Source of the DNA: Mytilus trossulus
Taxonomy: Eukaryota
DNA: 64,000 bases
Reading direction: 5' to 3'
Assembly (NCBI RefSeq): GCF_036588685.1
Contig: NC_086374.1
Span: forward strand, 2,480,001-2,544,000
Shown here: positions 56,820 to 64,000 of the stretch, piece after piece
Numbering within the stretch: the stretch's first letter is position 1
How the letters are laid out: every line of letters starts with the position of its first letter
Notes under the pieces: generated by a model
The model's database searches: none
Told to the model about the DNA's origin: nothing
The model's input: only the letters and a program-made list of their open reading frames with translations
Position numbers and translations under genes: made by a program

Positions 56820-57500
56820 CCATTTACTAAATTTTATCATCGGTACATAAGAACAGCATTCGTAAATATAGCTCAACATGCAGACTTCTTATACGTTCAG
56901 GGGACTTCAGGTATTTCACATCCGATATTTTATGGAAATAATATTTATAAAGCACAAAAATGTCAGCATTCACCTCAGGAGCTAACAAAACCTTTAAATA
57001 GACTTATTAAGAAGGGATATAGTTACGATACTGTTGTCAGGTTTTTAAAGATTGCATATTTTGGCGTTAATATTGATTCACTTTAAATATAGGATCTTTG
57101 CATCGGAACTAAACACATTTATTTAAAAACCAGTTGTTGGCATGACACGGGTTATGTTCTTCTCATATATGTTATGATGGTATGATACTAAACCCCTCAC
57201 GGGAAGAATTGTGCCTGATATTCATATGATGAAGACATAATCTTTCAATCAGTTTAATTGAAGTCTGGAGCTGGCATGTCAGTTAAATGCTAGTAGTCTG
57301 ATGTTATTTATGTATTATTGTCATTTTGTTTATTTTCTTCGGTTACATCTTTGGTTACATCTTCTGAATCGGACTTATCTTGAACTGAATTTTGATGTGC
57401 GTATTGTTAAGCGTTTACTTTTCTGCATTTTCTAGAGGTATAGGGGGAAGGTTGAGATATCATAAACATGTTTAACACCGCCGCATTTTTGCGCACGTCC
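56820..57500 (+). mobile_element. Penelope-like element 3' fragment
   Basis: GISHPIFYGNNIYKAQKCQHSPQELTKPLNRLIKKGYSYDTVVRFLKIAYFGVNIDSL, similar to 1665-1850. Confidence 0.55.
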
Positions 57501-57739
57501 CAATTCAGGAACTATTCAAACGAGAAAACTAACAGCCTTATTTATATAAAAAAATAATTAAAAAAAATTAAATTTTGCATCTGCTACTCGCATATAAATA
57601 TTGTGTGCTACTATGTGCTGATTTTTGACATTTGTCTTCATATATATTTTGCATGTGGTATCTATGTCTTAATACATGTGTGTGCTGTCTGTCTGTATGT
57701 GTGTGTTGTATATCTGATGTTATTACATTTATGTTTTAT

Positions 57740-58150
57740 AAAAAAAGAAGATGTGGTATGATTGCCAATGAGACAACTCTCCACAAGAGACCAAAATGAC
57801 ACAGAAATTAACAACTATAGGTCACCGTACGGCCTTCAACAATGAGTAAAGCCCATACCACATAGTCAGCTAAAGACCCCGAAATGACAATGTCAAACAA
57901 TTCAAACGAGATAACTAACGGCCTTATTTATATACTTACATAAAATGAACGAAAAACAAATATGTAACGCATAAAAAACGACAACCACTGAATTACAAGT
58001 TCATGGCTTGAGACAGGCACATACATACAGAATCTGTCGGGGTTAAACATGTCAGCGGTATCCCAACCCGTTGTATAACAGTACAACATAAGAACGAACT
58101 ATAAAAATCAGTCGAAAAAGGCTTAACTCATCAGATGGATACAAATACAA
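57740..58150 (+). repeat. Abundant dispersed repeat (agatgtggtatgattgccaatgagacaac...)
   Basis: Further copies at ~131-270, ~6420-6545 (-), ~17995-18130, ~32820-32940, ~37310-37570. Confidence 0.75.
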
Positions 58151-58284
58151 TTGGAATGTATTGTTTATTAATATTATGTAGTTGGTTAAAAAGGTCATGT
58201 TCCTTGTTGTAATGTATATATGCAACCCGACTTCAAATAAAGATTGTCAATTTTTTGTAAAAATAAATCATGATAAACTATATA

Positions 58285-58495
58285 AAAAAGGCAGGACAGA
58301 GATTACAACTAAGAAAAAGGCAGGACAGAGATTACAACTAAGAAAAAGGCAGGACAGAGATTGCAACTAAGAAAAAAGCAGGACAGATATTGCAACTAAG
58401 AAAAGGCAGTACAGAGATTGCAACTAAGAAAAAGGCAGGACAGAGTTTGCAACTAAGAAAAATACCAGGACAGAGATTACAACTAAGAAAAAGGC
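58285..58495. repeat. ~29-bp minisatellite running into an assembly gap
   Basis: aaaaaggcaggacagagattacaactaag, about 7 copies. Confidence 0.9.
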
Positions 58496-58654
58496 NNNNN
58501 NNNNNNNNNNNNNNNNNNNNNNNNNNNNNNNNNNNNNNNNNNNNNNNNNNNNNNNNNNNNNNNNNNNNNNNNNNNNNNNNNNNNNNNNNNNNNNNNNNNN
58601 NNNNNNNNNNNNNNNNNNNNNNNNNNNNNNNNNNNNNNNNNNNNNNNNNNNNNN
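58496..58654. other. Assembly gap (N run)
   Basis: 159 consecutive N. Confidence 1.
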
Positions 58655-59148
58655 AATATTTAGATATTTAGTTCCTCTTCATTTCTTATCTAAGCAGTTG
58701 TAATTGTAAACGAATTTATCGCATTTCACAAAATATTCTTCACAAAATATTCTTTTATGGAAAGTACAACCTTTTTCACTTTATAATTGTAATATTGGTA
58801 AGGGGATGGACCAAACTGTATTTTCGAATGAATTTTACAAAGGAAATTAGACTTCAGTTTTCTATAACGAATCAAACCGTTTTGCTTCCACGTGAAAAAA
58901 ACCCAACATCATTTATTATCTGAGAGAATAGTTGAATGTCTAATACTAGTAATAACTTTTAATCTGTAGACGAACCGCAGACAGAAAAAGATCATTTCTA
59001 TATTTGATTAAATTTCAAATGTGGATTATTAACGAATTTGGAGATAAGTGACTTTTATTCTAATTTTTACTAGCTGTCATTTGCAATGGAAGGTAAAATT
59101 AGTACTTGTTAGTTTTATATGTTAGTTTTGTAACAACACATACCATTA

Positions 59149-59442
59149 TTTTTATGCCCCACCTAAGATAGTAGAGGGGCATTATGTTGTCTGGTCTGTG
59201 GGTCCGTTCGTCTGTCCGTCCGTTCGTTCATCCGCCCGTTTGTTCGTCCGTTCGTTTGTTCGTCCGTTCGTTTGTTCGTTCGTTCGTTCGTTCGTTCGGT
59301 CGTCCGTCCCGCTTCAGGTCAAAGTTTTTGGTTCAGGTAGTTTTTGATAGAGTTGAAGTCCAATCAACTTGAAACTTAGTACATATGCTCCTTATGATAT
59401 GATATTTCTAATTAGAATTTTTACCCCAATTTCACGGTCCAC
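59149..59442 (+). mobile_element. Helentron/DINE-1-like non-autonomous element with (TCGT)n microsatellite
   Basis: ttttatgcccc...ggggcatta hairpin, then a GTCY/TCGT microsatellite and a conserved core. Related copies at 36890-37243 (+) and 54770-55030 (-). A different family of similar design is at ~17710-17995 (-). Confidence 0.6.
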
Positions 59443-62144
59443 TTTCTTTCTTTAAATAATAACGACGTATCTAAAGGGTGCTATTTGCATGTCTATAAAC
59501 GTTTACATGCATATGAGCAGTGGTAAGAAAGAAACCAATTTAAATATCTAAAGTTTCTTAAAACAAGAATGTGTCCCCAGTACACGGATGCCCCACTCGC
59601 ATTTTTATGTTTTAGAAGTATTTCTGAACAATCACAAAAACACTTGGCTCTGTATAACCTCGCGATAGAAAGGATACGGCATAAAGGCTGGTAATTATGC
59701 TTTTTGTATAGGCAGCATTAGTTGACCGATGTTCAAGCTTCATAAATAGAAACAAATTAAGGTAAAAAAAAACAAAAAAAACTGGGGATCGCATAATCTC
59801 CAAAAAGATGCAAAACCGATGGCGCCGGTCGGCATAAGCCTCTTCTGCTATTCATGCAACATCAGTAATGCGAATCCACCTTCACTCAAACTATCGTAAT
59901 TATATTTATGATCATTTATGGCTGAATAGACACAATCGGCTAATTTTCCAATCAGTCGACTGTTATGGTATCTAAAGCTCTAAGACCGCTAACACATATG
60001 TGAATGGTTGATATCATATAAAACATGTATAACATTTGTATTTCCATATTAACAGCCAATAAAAAGTAGGAAATGTTGTAGAATTTGTAGGTCTTTAAAT
60101 GCACAAAATGTACGAAGAAAGTGAAAACTATGATGTTCATTTTGCGCCTAAAATTGTAATTTCAAGATTTTTTAAACATTGGTTCAAAATACCTTTTGAT
60201 ATCAAGTCGATCATGTATAGCTAAAACATAAAATATGAAGTTGCATATAATTTTTGGTTTGGAATAAATTTTGAGAAGCTTTCAAATGTCAAAACCAAAT
60301 TCATTTGGGGGATTTGAAATGTCCTTTGATACACTTGTTGGGGAAATAAGGTGTCTTCGGTTTTACCTTTCTGTAATTGTATTACTAATAGGTTATGTCT
60401 TTATCTCAAATCACTAGCGACATACCAGTTTTCTAAATTTTGAATACAATAAAATATCGAATGATTTCAAATATCTTTAGCATGTCAAGTACATGAATTA
60501 AATTAACAACTTGCACTGAAATCATCGTTGGAAATTTCCGTCCTCTATGAAGAGAATAATTGTAAAAATATTAGTCCCTAATTTACTTCCTTTGATCAAA
60601 AGGCTATTTACTGAAAACATTCATTTCACAGTCATTTTCTAAGTGATATTCTATTTCAATCTGAATCTATGTAACAATAAAACATTGATTGTAAAACTCA
60701 TTCCGTGTTTCAGATCTGTTTTATAAGTAAGGGGATGGACCAAAGTGTCTTTGGCAAACTTCGATACACGAATGAAATAAAGCATTCTAATTTCATGTTA
60801 ATAAAAAAATGTTTGTAATGACTGTTTTCAACTTTTTTATTCGTGTTTTATTGATACGTGGATTTCCGACTTTGAAGACTTGTGTTACCTGAAATGGGGT
60901 GTGTCATGCAAAGTGGAAACAAATTTATCAATCAAAGTGTTTGTATTCACTGGTTAATTATGACCTTTTTATGTTTTATCATATGCAATTCATTTTTATA
61001 AAATTTAGTATCATTACTTAAAAAATTGTATTTATATGGTAAATAAATAAAGAAATACTATAAGTTTCTAAAGAAAAAATATGTTCAAAGTGCACCGAAT
61101 TAAACACTCCAAGCATCAACTTTTGATAGCATACTGACGTTCGACGAGACTACCTTTAAGTTAGAGTGATTTATAGGATGACTATATAATCGTATATTGA
61201 TGCCAGTTGATGTGTAATAATTGTCTTTTAAGACCGTATTAAAGCCCAAAATCCTATTATCATGCGGGACAAAAAGCAGCATTAAAAATTCAATGCAAGT
61301 TGTCAGAAGAAAGAAAACGAAACTTATCACATCTACAACGTATTCATGGTATATAGATAATAAATGAAATATACAAATGTTTTATGTATTACGGCTGTCA
61401 AAAGAACATATATCGGAGATTTATTTCCTACGCTTCATCTATTCTGACTTTTCAATAGACCAGGCGAAGGGCTACGCTTTTTGTTAAGTTTTGTTATCCA
61501 AAATTGACATGAATATTAGGTACTTAAGGGGCAAATCATCTTCAAATCATCTACAAAATCTGATCTTTCGCGAAAATATTTTAACATAAGAATACATTTC
61601 AAATTTTGAAATGGAAATATAAAGAAAAAACTGCACTAAAATGCAAATAATGTAACACAGATTTAGAATTCCTAAATGGTCACAAGGAATGAGATATTTA
61701 TATATATTATATATACCAATATATACCATATAAAGCTTAAGACTCTACTGCAAGATAAAGGGGCTTTGAAAATAAACTCATCAGGCATAACACATTATAG
61801 AAGTTAACCTGCGTACATCACAAACGTAACTAATCTCTGAAATCAACAAAATTCATTTAATTCAAGCTGGTTTCTTCAAAAGAAGAAGGGTTTATAAAGG
61901 ATCTATATTTATAAACATTTGTTGTCGTAATAACAGCGAATGAAGTTAACAAATTTAGATTCGATATCAGTTATTCCATACACACACACGTTTACAATTT
62001 TAATTAACTTTCAAATTTAAATGGTGGAAAAACATATTAAGTGGTAAAGAAATGCTAGTATGCAATGTTAAGGTTTAATTTATCTTTTTCTACATGAACA
62101 GAACGTTTGGATAAGGTATATTTGGAAGAGGAAAAAATCTCAGC

Positions 62145-62789
62145 ATGGAAGACCATATCCAACAATGTGAGACTCAGTCGGATGCATTGAATCAAAAGAG
62201 AAAAGTTAGACTTTTACATTCGGCGCCTTGTAACCATAAGGGAAACAGAAAACGCGAGACTAGATCAAATAGCATTATTAACAGAGATCCGAGAGTTGAC
62301 AGATATCTGAGATCATACACCCCTACTGTAGCGCCGACGCTGAAAGAAACTAGAAAAGAAACCGCCCATAGCAGACCCCACAGTGTTATGTCGGGCAAAA
62401 CTTCATCATCCGATGTTTGGTCGTCAAACAATGATTCCGTTTCTCTGTATATCAGTAAACCTGGATTGGCTAAACTTACAACTGTTCCAAATCATTACGG
62501 ACTTTCTAGATCACTGACATGCAATTCAAAAGATTGTTGTCATTGGGGAAGTACTACAGTGACAGAACAACTGAGAGAAAAATATCATCAGAGAAAACTG
62601 AAGAAAAGAGATCAACCAGGATCAGAACGACAGAGATCCAAAGGCGGAGTTTTCACACCTCTGGAAGACGAGAAGGAGACAAAACAGATTGAAGTACCGG
62701 GGCAGGTGAATATACGTATAGAAAAACATTTAAGTTTAGAACATATTCCTGAATTCTTAAATCCTCATCCTATATACACAAAAACTTGA
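62145..62789 (+). CDS. Uncharacterised 214-aa S/R/K-rich ORF (single or terminal coding exon)
   Basis: 645-nt non-repetitive ORF, more GC-rich than its flanks. Acceptor-like sites lie upstream (aacag at ~62101, ctcag at 62143). No recognisable domain. Confidence 0.5.
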   Translation: MEDHIQQCETQSDALNQKRKVRLLHSAPCNHKGNRKRETRSNSIINRDPRVDRYLRSYTPTVAPTLKETRKETAHSRPHSVMSGKTSSSDVWSSNNDSVSLYISKPGLAKLTTVPNHYGLSRSLTCNSKDCCHWGSTTVTEQLREKYHQRKLKKRDQPGSERQRSKGGVFTPLEDEKETKQIEVPGQVNIRIEKHLSLEHIPEFLNPHPIYTKT

Positions 62790-64000
62790 TACGCAAAAAA
62801 ATAACTAGAGATACACAATTCGAGACGAACATAAGACGTTTGATATATATCATCGAGACAGCAGCCCAACGGCGAAAGTAACATAATTATATCTTATGAG
62901 CAACATATTTATACAGCTTTCAAACATTGACAGGTTTCAAGATGAAAATCGCACAGATTCTGAAGAAATAATAAATGAATACATACATACAGGTTTTTTT
63001 CTGCCCTTTTTGTCGGGTTGTAGTCTCTTTGACACATTCCCCATTTCCATTCTCAATTTCACAGACGTAAAAGCGCTGCTCATTCACGATAGGTGAAGTT
63101 AATCTAAAAAATTATATTTTTAGGCTATAAAAAGTTACATTTTTAGGCTTTAAAAAAACGTTATATTTTTACGTTATATTTTTAGGCTATAAAACGTTTC
63201 CGAACGGCTGTGATTGTAGTTAAACTTGTAATAAGATGGTTTGAGGCGATTACAGAAAACAGCTATACAAAGACACCACGAACGGCAGCAGAACACCAAT
63301 ATTATACTTTATATACAAGTTTGGAGGCTCAAAAACTAGCATTTAACAAGAACTTGTTTGTTCGTGAACAAGTAAGTTGTTGCTTACATTAAATTAGAAT
63401 TTCTCGTAAATTATCAAACAAACAGTAATACTCCCAAGCTTCAACCCTGCCTCTTACCCGGTACAGTGGATACCAGTACATTATAAGAACACACAGATCG
63501 ATACAAAGCATAAAAAAAAACCTTAACAAAAACACAAAATACCTAGGGGTATAGAGTTTATTGTCTTTTAGACTACTATTTCATTTTTTGCCATTGCGTT
63601 GTCAGTTTATTTTTGACTAATAATAATGAATGCCCTCTTTGCATTGGTAATCTTTAAGAACAAGTTTCATTTAAGGGATAAGTTTACCCGGATCTTCTCA
63701 TAAGTTAAGGACTCAATAAACAACATCGCCGTCCTTTACAATTTCCGTTTTTTAAGGGGGGGTAGGGACAAACCAATTTTCTTCTATTAAAAATCAATAA
63801 AGTTGAAATCAACAAATATAAGACAAGATCACCGTTAACCAGATCAAACCTTTTTATGTTCATTTGATAACACAGTCCTACCTACCGTAAACATTATTAT
63901 CGTCTATAAGATTTCACTATTTAACAGGCATAACCGTGTATTTTCCCGCTACCATTTATGTATGGGTTAAGCTTCTACTTTTACTACATGAATGCAACTA

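Noticed and set aside
58182-59372. Basic repeat ORFs (KKAGQRLQLRK, VRSFVRSF)
   Set aside because: Translations of a minisatellite and a microsatellite.

Overview
AT-rich, intron-containing animal genomic DNA. The dispersed repeats resemble those I recall from bivalves (Mytilus-like); this is an inference. Four spliced genes can be rebuilt by hand with GT-AG introns and consistent phases: CFAP210/CCDC173 (minus, 9 exons, 552 aa), a PHOSPHO2-like HAD phosphatase head-to-head with it (plus, 251 aa), PHGDH (plus, 10 exons, 533 aa) and a small WBP1/VOPP1-family type I membrane protein (minus, 4 exons, 147 aa). There is also an unassigned 214-aa ORF near the right end. The most unusual signal is tandem amplification of splice junctions themselves. 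PHGDH intron 5 holds 33 copies of its own 3' splice site plus the first 39 nt of exon 6. The WBP1-like gene holds about 11 copies of an exon end plus 5' splice site, and a second, in-frame duplicated donor. The window also contains a multi-layer nest of non-autonomous DNA transposons with reconstructable target-site duplications (TSDs), tiny palindromic insertions, Penelope-like RT remnants, a fold-back tRNA-SINE, two adjacent satellites (91 bp x16, 59 bp x~76) and one assembly gap.
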